A model generated the notes under the pieces. It searched no databases. It saw nothing but the letters and a program-made list of their open reading frames with translations, and had not been told where the DNA came from. 64,000 bases of DNA from Candidatus Saccharimonadota bacterium. GTDB taxonomy: Bacteria; Patescibacteriota; Saccharimonadia; Saccharimonadales; Saccharimonadaceae. The DNA is taken from the NCBI GenBank assembly GCA_016282495.1, contig JAEEKR010000036.1:5594-69593 (forward strand). Direction: 5' to 3'. This document shows, in pieces, positions 1 through 9,880 of this stretch (the first letter of the stretch is position 1; each line of letters begins with the position of its first letter). Both the position numbers and the translations under genes were made by a program.

Positions 1-885
1 AAACTTCAACAAGATCTTGGTGAGACTACTTTTTGTGAGGAAAATGATGATTTTACTTTTCTTGCAATTTTAAAACACACGAAGATGGGGAATTATCTTT
101 ATCTTCCTTATGGGCCTTATCTTGCTAATAAAAATGCCGCCAAAAAGGCTTTTAATCGCCTCCAGGAGCTTGCTAAAGAAAAAAGCGCTATCTTTATTAG
201 GATTGAACCACAAAGCGCTAAAAATGCCGAATTTTTGCTAAATTTGCCTAATTGTAAAAAAACGATTGACCTTAATCCTAAAGAAACCTGGGTTCTTGAT
301 ATTTCTCCTTCCATCGATGATTTGTATCCAAAAATGAAACAAAATACCCGAAATCTTTGTAGAAATTATAGTAAGAAGGGAATTACTGTGTCTGTTTCGG
401 ATGACTCAAAAGATATAGATTATCTTGTGAAATTTCAGGAAAAACTTGCTCAAGACAAAAACATTGGTGTTTTTTCTAAAAACTATTTAAAAACTGAGCT
501 AAATCAGCCATTTGCTAGTCTTTATCTTGCAAAAATTGATGGGAAAACTGTCGCTGCTGCTCTATTCTTTGACGATGAAACTACTAGATACTATATGCAA
601 GCTGCGACGGACCCTAAATACCGAAATTTGCCTTGTTCTTATGGGATTATTAACGAAGCTATTATTGGTGCGAAGGCCAAAAACTTGCAGAGATTTGATT
701 TTTGGGGCATTGCTCCAGAGAATTCATCGAAAAATCACCCATGGGCTGGTTTTACTACGTTTAAAAAATCTTTTGGTGGTGAGCAAGTAGAATATGCAGG
801 AACATACGATATTGTCTTCTCTAGATTTAAATACGAGTTATATCGCGTTTTTAGAAGAATTAATAGATTAAAACGCCGTGCTTAG
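1..885 (+). CDS. FemABX-family peptidoglycan interpeptide-bridge aminoacyltransferase (5' partial)
   Basis: Frame is open from base 1. Motifs YLPYGP, FIRIEP, FDFWGI and GFTTFKKSFGG are typical of FemAB/FemX. Confidence 0.85.
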   Translation, partial: KLQQDLGETTFCEENDDFTFLAILKHTKMGNYLYLPYGPYLANKNAAKKAFNRLQELAKEKSAIFIRIEPQSAKNAEFLLNLPNCKKTIDLNPKETWVLDISPSIDDLYPKMKQNTRNLCRNYSKKGITVSVSDDSKDIDYLVKFQEKLAQDKNIGVFSKNYLKTELNQPFASLYLAKIDGKTVAAALFFDDETTRYYMQAATDPKYRNLPCSYGIINEAIIGAKAKNLQRFDFWGIAPENSSKNHPWAGFTTFKKSFGGEQVEYAGTYDIVFSRFKYELYRVFRRINRLKRRA

Positions 886-2003
886 TTAATTGGTGATCTC
901 GGTGCAATATTGAGAGAATATGGATCGGTGGGTTTTACGCCAGATTTGATCTCGAAATAGGCGGCGGCGCCGACCATGGCGGCGTTGTCGCCAGAGAACT
1001 TTGGGTCTGGAAATGTTAAAAATATTTCTTCGGGACGTTCGTCGCGCCCGTCTTTACGGGGCTCCTCACTGCGTCCTCGTAGCAACTGCGGATGCCCCTC
1101 AGAATTATTTTTTAACATTTTTAGGGCTTCTTCACGGAGTTTTTGGTTGGCAGAGACGCCGCCGGCGATGACGAGAGATTTTACCTCTGGGTATTTTTCT
1201 CTTGCGAGATTTAGTTTTTCTAGAAGGATGTCCACGGCGGTTTTTTGGAAGCTGGCGGCGAAGTCTGACCTCTGTTTTTCGGATAAAAGTTTAGCGAGCT
1301 CGTGAGATGGATAGGATATTGGTACCCCGACTTCTTTTTGAATGGCACGAAGAACAGCAGTTTTTAGGCCAGAGAAGGAAAAATCTAGTTCATTAACCTT
1401 TGGATGTGGAAGTTTATATCGATTTTCGTCGCCTTTTTTGGCTTCTGTTGCTATAGATGGGCCACCAGGGTAGGGAAGACCTAAGATTTTAGCAACTTTA
1501 TCAAAGCATTCGCCTACTGCATCGTCATGAGTAGTACCGATGATCTCGAAATGATTGTGTTCTTTCATGTAGAGGATTTGGGTGTGTCCGCCGGATATTA
1601 CTAGTGCGAGAAGAGGGAAATGTGGTTTTATTTCGTTATTGAGCCATGTGGCGTAGATGTGCGATTTGAGGTGATGAACGGCGTATAGGGGCTTATTGTG
1701 GAGGATTGCTAGGGTGCGGGCAGTAAGAGTACCAACTAGTAGCGAGCCAAGTAAACCTGGGGTATGAGTGACGGCGATTGCGTCAATACTATTCCAGTTA
1801 AGATCCGCTTCTTTTAGGGATTTGTGGATAACTGGGAGAATAGCTTCAAGATGGGAACGAGCAGCAACCTCAGGAATTACGCCACCGTATTCTGCAAAAA
1901 TGTCTATTTGCGATACTACAACGTTTGATAGAATCTTGACACCATCTTCGATAACAGCGGCTGCCGTTTCATCACAGGAACTTTCAATTGCAAGGATTTT
2001 CAT
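882..2003 (-). CDS. tsaD: tRNA N6-adenosine threonylcarbamoyltransferase TsaD (carries an in-frame insertion of about 27 aa)
   Basis: IESSCDET, GGVIPEVAARSH, HHLKSH, SGGHT, DDAVGECFDK, FSFSGLKT, GGVSAN, DNAAM. Confidence 0.97.
   Translation of the reverse strand: MKILAIESSCDETAAAVIEDGVKILSNVVVSQIDIFAEYGGVIPEVAARSHLEAILPVIHKSLKEADLNWNSIDAIAVTHTPGLLGSLLVGTLTARTLAILHNKPLYAVHHLKSHIYATWLNNEIKPHFPLLALVISGGHTQILYMKEHNHFEIIGTTHDDAVGECFDKVAKILGLPYPGGPSIATEAKKGDENRYKLPHPKVNELDFSFSGLKTAVLRAIQKEVGVPISYPSHELAKLLSEKQRSDFAASFQKTAVDILLEKLNLAREKYPEVKSLVIAGGVSANQKLREEALKMLKNNSEGHPQLLRGRSEEPRKDGRDERPEEIFLTFPDPKFSGDNAAMVGAAAYFEIKSGVKPTDPYSLNIAPRSPIN
1011..1120. repeat. Palindromic GC-rich element inserted in frame within tsaD
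   Basis: Imperfect terminal IR (AAATGTTAAAAATATTTCT ... AGAATTATTTTTTAACATTT) and internal hairpin CCCGT-CTTT-ACGGG. The core resembles 27091-27194. Confidence 0.75.
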
Positions 2004-2032
2004 TAGAATTATTATACCATATTTTTGAAAAA

Positions 2033-2056
2033 GAAAAAGAGCGCCAGGCGGCGCTC
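2033..2056 (-). terminator. Rho-independent terminator of ORF 2063-2635
   Basis: GAGCGCC-AGGC-GGCGCTC hairpin with an A-run on the left, i.e. a U-tract on the minus strand. Confidence 0.7.
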
Positions 2057-2062
2057 AGGGTT

Positions 2063-2635
2063 TTAGATTGTTGCGGAGGGTAATGGTTCACCGATTACCG
2101 TTGTTTTGGCTTTAAACTTAAAGTTTTCAGCCTGTTCAGCCGTGAAGAATACAGGGTGATCGGGTAATTCTGACTCTAGGCTATAATTCTCCGATACCCA
2201 ACTGATAGTGTTCCAACCTTTGCTATCCCCCTTTAGAGTTATTTTGATCTGGCCCATAAACCAACTGACTTCAACGTCTTTGATATTGAAAACGTCGTTG
2301 TCGCAGATAGGATTCTCTAGGGGGTTAAGCGCGATTAGTGCAATTTGCCTTTCGATATTCTTGTCATAGATGATGTCTTTGCTGGCATAGGTTCGGGATT
2401 CTTCGGTGGATTTACAGACCAATACCGTGATTTTTGGTTCAATGTATTGTTCTGGCATAAGTCCTTTGATCATTCTTGATACAGTCTTAATTTCTGCTTT
2501 GGGAATTGCGGATCGTTCAGCGAGCGACTCTTCTGCTTTGTTATCTTTGTGATAACCAAAAACAGTAAACGCCGTGAGCAGAACTGCAATGGTGACAAAA
2601 AATGCGATTAGAACCTTTAGCTTACTTTTCTTCAT
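2063..2635 (-). CDS. Hypothetical membrane-anchored or secreted protein (ORFan)
   Basis: 190 aa with a Lys-rich N-terminus and a hydrophobic helix. It has an SD (GGAGG), its own promoter and a terminator. Confidence 0.75.
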   Translation of the reverse strand: MKKSKLKVLIAFFVTIAVLLTAFTVFGYHKDNKAEESLAERSAIPKAEIKTVSRMIKGLMPEQYIEPKITVLVCKSTEESRTYASKDIIYDKNIERQIALIALNPLENPICDNDVFNIKDVEVSWFMGQIKITLKGDSKGWNTISWVSENYSLESELPDHPVFFTAEQAENFKFKAKTTVIGEPLPSATI

Positions 2636-2678
2636 TTCTTTATTCCTCCGTTTTTAAAGTGCAAAATGATATATTTTA

Positions 2679-2707
2679 ATTATAGCACAAAACTTTTAAA
2701 AAGTCAA
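2679..2707 (-). promoter_or_regulatory. Sigma70 promoter TTGACT-17bp-TATAAT (extended -10)
   Basis: Minus strand reads TTGACT ttttaaaagttttgtgc TATAAT. Confidence 0.75.
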
Positions 2708-2722
2708 TGCTTATAGGGATGG

Positions 2723-3952
2723 TTAGCGGTAATGTTTGAGAGATTCGATTGGATTTTTGTGGGCTGCTTTAAGTGCTGGGTAGAGGCCAAATATGATGCC
2801 AACAATTAGAGAAGTTGCTACGGTGATTGCGAGAATTTCTAGACTAATATAAGGTGAGAATGGTGTTATGAGCGAGATGAGAAATGCGATGATATATCCA
2901 AGAGCGAGCCCGAATAATCCACCGAGGAGTGAGAGAATGAGTGATTCAAAGAGGAACTGGAGAAGAATATTAGAGTTTGAAGCTCCAACTGCTTTGCGGA
3001 TTCCAATTTCGTGAGTGCGTTCTGATACTGATACAAGCATAATGTTCATGACGCCGATACCACCAACCACAAGGGAAATGCTCGCAACCATGGCAAGAAT
3101 ACCGGATATGATTGTAATGAGTGAACCGGTTGGGTGCGTAATTTGGTCGCCATAGGCTACTGAAAAGTTATTGTCCCCGGCTTTTTCTTTGATGAGCGCA
3201 TCGTTAATGTTACTTGCAGTTTCTGATATGGTGTCGGTGGTGGAAGTTTTAATGTTGATTTGTTGAATCTGGATTGAATTATCGATGGAGTGAAGCATGT
3301 TGGCGTCGATAAGAACAGCGTTGTCTAGATCAACGTTGTTGAAATTGATAGGATCTTCGATTTTTTCGAGGACACCGGTGACAATAAACTTTTGTCCACG
3401 GATAGAGATTGTTTTAGTTATTGAATTGTCTGGTGTACCGAATAACTCGATTGCAATAGAGTATCCAACAACGGCGGCATTATCTGGAGAGTTTTTATCG
3501 AGGAACGAGCCAGAACTGATAGAAAAATTCTGAATATTGATGAAATCTGCGTTCGTGCCAACAATAGTTCCAGAATTTACAGTGTTGTCTCCGTGGATTG
3601 TATTGTTGGAAATAGCGATTGGCGCAACAGCCGAGATATTTTCTAGGCCTTTTATTTTATCGACATCAGAGAGAGTGAGACTGGATTTGGCGTATTGGTT
3701 AGAAGAGGTGAGTTCCTCGATGATGCTGGAAACAGCATCTTTGTGTGTGGCCGGACGGACAACAATGAGATTGGAGCCAATAGAGCTAACTTGGGTAGCA
3801 ATAAGGTTTTTGATGCTACCCATTAAAGAAAGAATGAGAATAATGCTAGCTACACCGATTGCGATACCGAGGCAGGTTAGAAAAGAGCGGGTGCGATTTT
3901 GCTTTAAAGAAGCTTTTGCAAGATTGTAATGAGTACGGAGAAGAAGCGCCAT
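2723..3952 (-). CDS. ABC transporter permease, MacB/FtsX family
   Basis: RSFLTCLGIAIGVAS, GGIGVMNIMLVSVSERTHEIGIRKAVGA, GLYPA..A...PIESL. Confidence 0.93.
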   Translation of the reverse strand: MALLLRTHYNLAKASLKQNRTRSFLTCLGIAIGVASIILILSLMGSIKNLIATQVSSIGSNLIVVRPATHKDAVSSIIEELTSSNQYAKSSLTLSDVDKIKGLENISAVAPIAISNNTIHGDNTVNSGTIVGTNADFINIQNFSISSGSFLDKNSPDNAAVVGYSIAIELFGTPDNSITKTISIRGQKFIVTGVLEKIEDPINFNNVDLDNAVLIDANMLHSIDNSIQIQQINIKTSTTDTISETASNINDALIKEKAGDNNFSVAYGDQITHPTGSLITIISGILAMVASISLVVGGIGVMNIMLVSVSERTHEIGIRKAVGASNSNILLQFLFESLILSLLGGLFGLALGYIIAFLISLITPFSPYISLEILAITVATSLIVGIIFGLYPALKAAHKNPIESLKHYR

Positions 3953-4707
3953 TAGTTTTCCTCCTTTTTGTTAAAGCGGACTGATATTGGTTGAGGTAGA
4001 TCACGGTCTGCAACGGTTTTGATATCTGTGTCGATGTGGCCATCTAGCATATTGATAACACGGGTGGCGTAGGTGGTGAGGGAAGGGTTGTGAGTAACCA
4101 TGATAATCGTATTGCCTTCCTGATGGATGTTTTTGAGTTCTTCCATAACGATATGCGAGGAGCGGGAATCGAGATTGCCGGTAGGTTCGTCTGCTAGGAT
4201 GATTTCCGGATCAGAAACGATGGTGCGAGCGATAGCAACGCGTTGTTGTTGACCACCGGATAGTTGCCACGGCATGTAGTATTCACGTTCTTTGAGATGG
4301 AATCGACCGAGTGTACTGGAAGCTTGAGTAAGACGATGAGTTTTGGAGTATCCAGAATAAACTAGAGGGAGGGCGACATTTTCGATGACGCTAAGATCGG
4401 AAATAAGATTGAAGTTTTGAAAAACGAAACCAATTTTGCGAGCACGAAGACGAGCTTGGCGACGTTTAGAGATGCTTTCGACTGCTTCGCCATTCAAGCT
4501 GTAGCTTCCAGAGGTGGCTTGGTCTAGTAGACCGATGATATTGAGTAATGTGGTTTTACCACAGCCAGATGGCCCCATAATCATAATGAATTCGCCGCGT
4601 TTTACGGTGAGATCAAAATCTTTTAAGGCGAACGATTCAGTGTCACCGTAGCCATAGCGTTTAGTGAGCTTTTTTAGCTCGATAATTGGATGTCCTTTTC
4701 CCGTCAT
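3952..4707 (-). CDS. ABC transporter ATP-binding protein (MacB/LolD-like)
   Basis: GPSGCGKTT, LSGGQQQR, ILADEPTGNLD. Confidence 0.95.
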   Translation of the reverse strand: MTGKGHPIIELKKLTKRYGYGDTESFALKDFDLTVKRGEFIMIMGPSGCGKTTLLNIIGLLDQATSGSYSLNGEAVESISKRRQARLRARKIGFVFQNFNLISDLSVIENVALPLVYSGYSKTHRLTQASSTLGRFHLKEREYYMPWQLSGGQQQRVAIARTIVSDPEIILADEPTGNLDSRSSHIVMEELKNIHQEGNTIIMVTHNPSLTTYATRVINMLDGHIDTDIKTVADRDLPQPISVRFNKKEEN

Positions 4708-4832
4708 TGTTCAATATTATAACAGAAAATTACAGGGGCCATAGTCTTGTTTTTTGATGATTTTTATTTTGTGGTATGTTTTTGGTATTTTTTGCAGCTA
4801 TTTTGTAAAAAAAGATATGATATTATAGAGGT

Positions 4833-5744
4833 ATGAAACGTAAGCTTTTTGCAATTTTTACCGCGATTTTAGTAGGGTTTTTTGGCCTGTTTTTGATTTT
4901 TGGTAGGGATTCTTATGCTGATTTTGGCGATTTTTCTGGAGGCTCAGATTATGACTTCGATTCTGGATCAGATTTTGATTTTGATACAGATTATGATAGT
5001 AGCTACAGCGGTAGCGGAGGCTATAATTCTGGTTCTGGTAGTTCATTTGGTGGAGGATTTATTTTTGGGCTGGTACTTGGTATTGGCATTGGTGCTGTAA
5101 TTGTTGAACATTCTGGTGGAAAGAATAGGAAAGTAATTTCTTCTGTGCCGGTCGAGTCCTCTATGCCACTTCGTTCAATGGCTGAATATAAGACAATCGA
5201 TCCTGATTTTGATGAAAATGCTTTCCGCGAAAAGGTCTCGAATCTTTATGTTAAATTCCAAAACGCTTGGCAGGCTAAGAAGTTGGATCCGCTTCGCCCA
5301 TATCTTACTGATACTGCTTATGGACAATATGATAGACAGCTTGATAAATATAGAAAAGCAGAAAGAACTAATAAGATTGAGAAAATTGCTGTGATGGGAG
5401 TTGAGCTTAAAGGCTTTAGACAAAACAATGGTAAAGATGAGATTGTGGCAAGAGTGCGAACGAGGATTACAGATTATGTAGTAGATGATAAAACAGGGAA
5501 GATTGTGGAGGGCAGTGACAAAGTTGAGAAATTCATGGAATACGAATGGAGTTTAGAGCGTACGACTGGTGTAACTACTGCAACGGAAGATGGTACTTCA
5601 GAGCAACGATGTCCGAATTGTGGCGGGAAGATTAATATTAACAAAACAGCAGAATGTCCATATTGTCGATTCGTGGTGACAACTGATAAATTTGGCTGGC
5701 TGGTCAGTACAATTAAGGGTATTTCGCAAAGAACTGGGAAATAG
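4833..5744 (+). CDS. Tim44-like domain membrane protein with C-terminal zinc ribbon
   Basis: Signal peptide, Gly/Ser/Asp-rich linker, TM helix, DPDFDENAF...FQNAW...EYEW Tim44-like core, CPNC..CPYC. Confidence 0.75.
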   Translation: MKRKLFAIFTAILVGFFGLFLIFGRDSYADFGDFSGGSDYDFDSGSDFDFDTDYDSSYSGSGGYNSGSGSSFGGGFIFGLVLGIGIGAVIVEHSGGKNRKVISSVPVESSMPLRSMAEYKTIDPDFDENAFREKVSNLYVKFQNAWQAKKLDPLRPYLTDTAYGQYDRQLDKYRKAERTNKIEKIAVMGVELKGFRQNNGKDEIVARVRTRITDYVVDDKTGKIVEGSDKVEKFMEYEWSLERTTGVTTATEDGTSEQRCPNCGGKININKTAECPYCRFVVTTDKFGWLVSTIKGISQRTGK

Positions 5745-6833
5745 ATGCTGATTTCTATTTTGATAATTTTCTTATCTTGCGCGAGTTTGTCGGTGTTTTT
5801 GGAAGAAATTGGTTTTTTCGAATACGTTGCACAGGCTGCGGTTAGAAAGTTTGGAAGTAATCAGAATAAATTATTCTTAACTTTCAGTTTGGTAGTAGCG
5901 CTTCTGACAATTATCACGTCCAATGATATTTTAATTCTGACATTCACTCCTTTTATTTGTCATTTTGCCAGGCACGCCAAAATTAGTGCTACGCCATATA
6001 TTGTGAGTGAGTTTGTGATGGCGAATGTTTGGAGTATGTTCTTTTTGATTGGTAATCCTACGAATATTTATTTAGGAATGAAATACAATATATCTTTTTT
6101 GGAATATGCTTCCAATATGTTTTTACCAACGATTATGGCTGGATTAACTGCATTTGTAATAACATATCTTCTATTTCGAAGGAGGTTGGAAGTACCTATC
6201 AAAGCTAGGATTGAGGAGAGATGCAAAAAACCAAATTCTGCACTGCTCGTTATAGGGTTGCTTGGTCTTGGCGTAACGATTGTTTTGATGGCTATTGCTT
6301 CTTATATAAACCTAGAGCTATGGATTATTCCGCTTGTTTGTGCTTTTATCACCTATCTTATGGCATTTTTGTATTTAGTATTTGCAGAGGGGCGAAAGAA
6401 GATAATCTTGGAAGCATTAGGAAAGTTGCCGTATATTGTAGTTCCGTTTCTATTAGTAATGGCTCTTTTTGTAATGTTTCTAGGCCGATTAGGTGTAGTA
6501 GACTCATTGGCTAATTTTATTAAAGAAGGTGGAGTGTTTTTCACTGGGTCATTGGCATTTATTTCTGGCAATATATTAAATAACATACCGATGACGATGT
6601 TTTTTGCGGATATATTAGGTAAGATAGCTGACCCTGGATTATTAATCTATTCTGTTGTCATTGCATCCAACATTTGTGCATTTTTAACTCCAATTGGATC
6701 TTTGTCTGGAATTATGTTTATGAAAATATTGAAGCGTAATAAAGTTGATTTTTCTTTTAAAGAATTTATAACCTACGGGGCGGTAATTGCTGTGCCAACG
6801 CTTCTAGCGGCTCTTTTGGTCATACAATTATGA
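5745..6833 (+). CDS. ArsB/NhaD/SLC13-family ion transporter
   Basis: Polytopic protein with SND, GNPTN, NNIP and TPIGSL motifs. Short for the family, possibly N-terminally truncated. Confidence 0.8.
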   Translation: MLISILIIFLSCASLSVFLEEIGFFEYVAQAAVRKFGSNQNKLFLTFSLVVALLTIITSNDILILTFTPFICHFARHAKISATPYIVSEFVMANVWSMFFLIGNPTNIYLGMKYNISFLEYASNMFLPTIMAGLTAFVITYLLFRRRLEVPIKARIEERCKKPNSALLVIGLLGLGVTIVLMAIASYINLELWIIPLVCAFITYLMAFLYLVFAEGRKKIILEALGKLPYIVVPFLLVMALFVMFLGRLGVVDSLANFIKEGGVFFTGSLAFISGNILNNIPMTMFFADILGKIADPGLLIYSVVIASNICAFLTPIGSLSGIMFMKILKRNKVDFSFKEFITYGAVIAVPTLLAALLVIQL

Positions 6834-6845
6834 TATACTGGCGTT

Positions 6846-8165
6846 ATGAAAAAGAGAGGTTCTAGGAAAAAACTTATTTTAATTATTGCGATATTTTTTG
6901 TGGTCAGTTTGGTAGCAACAATTCTTATAATATCTTTTATTAATCATCAAAAAGCTGATGAGCCTGAAACGGAAAGTTATGAACCTAACGTTGTTGATGT
7001 TTTGGCAGAAAAAATACCAGAAGAGAAGGGTTTTTTGAAATATGTTGATGAAAAGTACGCTGGATCTTTGGATAAACTGAAAGACATTTTAGAAACCCGG
7101 GAGTACGACAGGGCACTTTGGCACGAGGTAACCGGGTATTCATACTTAGTGCTTTCTGATTTTTATCATGGAGATTACGATAGTGCAGACAATGTGAAGA
7201 TACTTAATTCTAGTGAAGGCAAATCGACACTTAGCTTTACAGGTGATGTGTCTCTTGCAGACAATTGGTTTATTGCGCCAAAGTATGATGAGCGTGGTGG
7301 AATTTCTGGGGTTCTAGGGGATAGCATGCTTGAGACTATGAGAAATAGTACTTTTCTCGCTGTAAATTCGGAATTTACGGTGAGCAATCGTGGTGCTGCT
7401 TTACCGAATAAAATGTATACTTTTAGGGCAAAGCCGGAGCGCCTAGCCATTTATGATGAGATGGGAGTGGACCTTGTGAGTTTAGCTAACAACCACGTTT
7501 ATGATTATGGTGAAGATGCGTTTTTGGATATGTTAGACGCATTTTCGGAATACAAAATTCCGCATATTGGAGCAGGAAGAGATATTGGTGAAGCATCTAA
7601 ACCATATTTTTTCATAATTGGTGGGTATAAATTTGCGTTTGTGGCGGCTACGCGGGCAGAAAAAAATGTAATGACGCCACAGGCTACTGAAAGCAGGGCT
7701 GGAACTTTTTGGTGTTATGACCCTGCTGATATGATTAGCCTAATAAAGTCATTGGATAATAAGGCGGATTTTGTAATTCCGATTATCCATTTTGGTCGCG
7801 AGAATTCGCATAGTCTTGAAGATGCGCAGGTAAGTAGCGCGAGAGCATATATTGATGCTGGTGCGGATGTGGTGGTAGGGCATCACGCACATGTTTTGCA
7901 GGGTGTTGAGTTATATAACGGCAAACCTATTATTTATAATCTTGGTAATTTTTTATTTAATGAAGAAACAGTCGACACGGCTTTATTTCAAATTGTAATG
8001 GATGAAGATGGTAGTATGGAATACTATATGTTGCCGGCACTTCAAGAGAACGCCAAGACGATTCTTCTAGAAGATGGCGCAAAAAAGAATCAAATCTTTA
8101 ATGATATTAGTTCTTGGAGCGTGAATGCGAGACTGGATGAGAATGGGAAAATTGTAGGAGAGTAG
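6846..8165 (+). CDS. CapA (PGA_cap) family metallophosphatase-like protein, membrane anchored
   Basis: GDV, NSE, LANNHVYDYG, HFG.E, GHHAHV, YNLGNF. Confidence 0.9.
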   Translation: MKKRGSRKKLILIIAIFFVVSLVATILIISFINHQKADEPETESYEPNVVDVLAEKIPEEKGFLKYVDEKYAGSLDKLKDILETREYDRALWHEVTGYSYLVLSDFYHGDYDSADNVKILNSSEGKSTLSFTGDVSLADNWFIAPKYDERGGISGVLGDSMLETMRNSTFLAVNSEFTVSNRGAALPNKMYTFRAKPERLAIYDEMGVDLVSLANNHVYDYGEDAFLDMLDAFSEYKIPHIGAGRDIGEASKPYFFIIGGYKFAFVAATRAEKNVMTPQATESRAGTFWCYDPADMISLIKSLDNKADFVIPIIHFGRENSHSLEDAQVSSARAYIDAGADVVVGHHAHVLQGVELYNGKPIIYNLGNFLFNEETVDTALFQIVMDEDGSMEYYMLPALQENAKTILLEDGAKKNQIFNDISSWSVNARLDENGKIVGE

Positions 8166-8283
8166 GTGGAAGCGAGAGGATATGAATCTCACTTCGTTCG
8201 GTACGAACCTAGGCTCGAATCCTCTCTTCTTGCAAACAAGAAGTATTAAAAAATATCCCTGCCGGGATATTTTCCAATACTTC
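8165..8283. repeat. tRNA-Ser-linked repeat: degenerate copy of the tRNA 3' end, palindrome and long hairpin
   Basis: GGTGGAAGCGAGAGGATATGAATCTC at 8165 matches GGCGGAAGCGAGAGGATTCGAACCTC at 8286 (22/26). Hairpin at 8240-8283. Confidence 0.7.
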
Positions 8284-8284
8284 C

Positions 8285-8374
8285 TGGCGGAAGCGAGAGG
8301 ATTCGAACCTCCGGTACGGTTGCCCGCACACACGCTTTCCAAGCGTGCTCCTTAAACCACTCGGACACACTTCC
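8285..8374 (-). tRNA. tRNA-Ser(GGA)
   Basis: GGAAGTGTGTCCGAGTGG...CACGCTTGGAAAGCGTG, long variable arm, GGTTCGAATCC...CCA. Confidence 0.96.
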
Positions 8375-8419
8375 GCGTGGGGCCATTATAACATATTTTT
8401 TTGAGATTCTCTAGAGGTG

Positions 8420-9880
8420 TTAGGCGACGTCGATCTCGGTGTTGCAGGTGGCGTCGATGCCAAGATTGTTTAATGCAATCATTTCATTATCTGGAATAAT
8501 GTATGTGGCGTGAAGCTGAGCGTGTTTGAATTTAGGGAGGTTTTCTAAGGCACTTTTGACGATTGGATTGGTGGTGGAGCAGATGCTGAGTGCAATTAGA
8601 ACCTCGTTAAGGCTGAGATAATTTTCTTGGAAGTTAGAAGTTTGGCTCTTTATTTCAAGGATTGGATCGAGAATGCTGCTAGAAATTAGGTCGACTTCGT
8701 CTGGAATTTTGGTGAGTTCTTTCAAAGCGTTTAAGAAAGTACTGGAAATTGGAGAAAGATAGTTAGTTTTTCGTCCAGTGATAAACTCGCCATCGATTTC
8801 GAGACAGCTGCTTGGCTGTTTGGATTTTTTACGTTTTTCTTCAGCTTTTGCTATGACTTTACGGTCTTTTTCAGAAATGTTTAATTCGTTCATTAGGAGT
8901 TTGGTTTTTTCGATAACAGAATTATCTACGCTGCCCTTTTTGAAATCAACAAGCGCTTTGAGGTGACGACGAATGACTTCGTTTTTGGCGGCTTCCTTGG
9001 CAACTTTATCGTCTGTAATGCATTTGGCGATGACATTGACGCCCATATCAGTAGGGGAGAAGTAAATGTCTTTTTTCATGATGCGTTTTAAGATTTCTTT
9101 AACTACAGGGAAGATTTCGAGGTCGCGGTTGTAGTTAACGGCAGGGATGCCGTATTTTTCGAGATGAAAATAATCGATCATGTTTTTGTCGGCAATATCG
9201 GCAGTGGCGGCTTCGTAGGCGATGTTGACGGGATGTTTTAATGGAAGATCCCAAACAGGGAAGGTTTCGAATTTGGCATAGCCGGCTTTGACGCCTTTTT
9301 TGTATTCGTGATAAAGCTGGGAGAGAGAGGTAGCAAGTTTGCCGCTACATGCACCTGGGGCAGAAACGACCACAAGTGGTTTGGTGGTTTTGATATATGG
9401 GTTAGCGCCGTAGCCTTCGTCGCTAACAATAGTATCTACATCGGTAGGATAACCTTTGGTAAAAGTGTGAATGTAGGTTTTGACGTGATAATTTTCGAGT
9501 TTTTCGACAAATTTTTGAACTTTTTTCTGGCCGTCAAATAATGTGATTACGACGTTGTTAATAGCAATGTCTTTGCTGCGTAAGAATTCAATGAGGCGGA
9601 GAATTTCGATTTCGTAGGAAATCATGCGGTCGGAGCGGATGCGGGATTTTTCGATGTCGTTGGCGTTGATGCAGAGAATTACTTCAACATCGTCTTTAAA
9701 CTCTTGAAGTAAACGGATTTTTAGATCTGGCTCAAATCCGGGAAGAACGCGTGCAGCATGGTTGTCGTCAACAAGTTTACCGCCAAACTCGATGTAAAGC
9801 TTATCAAACATTTTAATGCGGTCTTTAATTTTGGCTTTTTGCAGTTTTAAGTATTTTTCACTATCGAAGCACTTTTTCAC
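8420..9880 (-). CDS. DUF1846 (UPF0371) family protein
   Basis: FD.EKYL..Q, LYIEFGGKL.DD.HAARVLPGF, GYAKFETFPVW, PTDMGVN. Confidence 0.9.
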   Translation of the reverse strand: MKKCFDSEKYLKLQKAKIKDRIKMFDKLYIEFGGKLVDDNHAARVLPGFEPDLKIRLLQEFKDDVEVILCINANDIEKSRIRSDRMISYEIEILRLIEFLRSKDIAINNVVITLFDGQKKVQKFVEKLENYHVKTYIHTFTKGYPTDVDTIVSDEGYGANPYIKTTKPLVVVSAPGACSGKLATSLSQLYHEYKKGVKAGYAKFETFPVWDLPLKHPVNIAYEAATADIADKNMIDYFHLEKYGIPAVNYNRDLEIFPVVKEILKRIMKKDIYFSPTDMGVNVIAKCITDDKVAKEAAKNEVIRRHLKALVDFKKGSVDNSVIEKTKLLMNELNISEKDRKVIAKAEEKRKKSKQPSSCLEIDGEFITGRKTNYLSPISSTFLNALKELTKIPDEVDLISSSILDPILEIKSQTSNFQENYLSLNEVLIALSICSTTNPIVKSALENLPKFKHAQLHATYIIPDNEMIALNNLGIDATCNTEIDVA

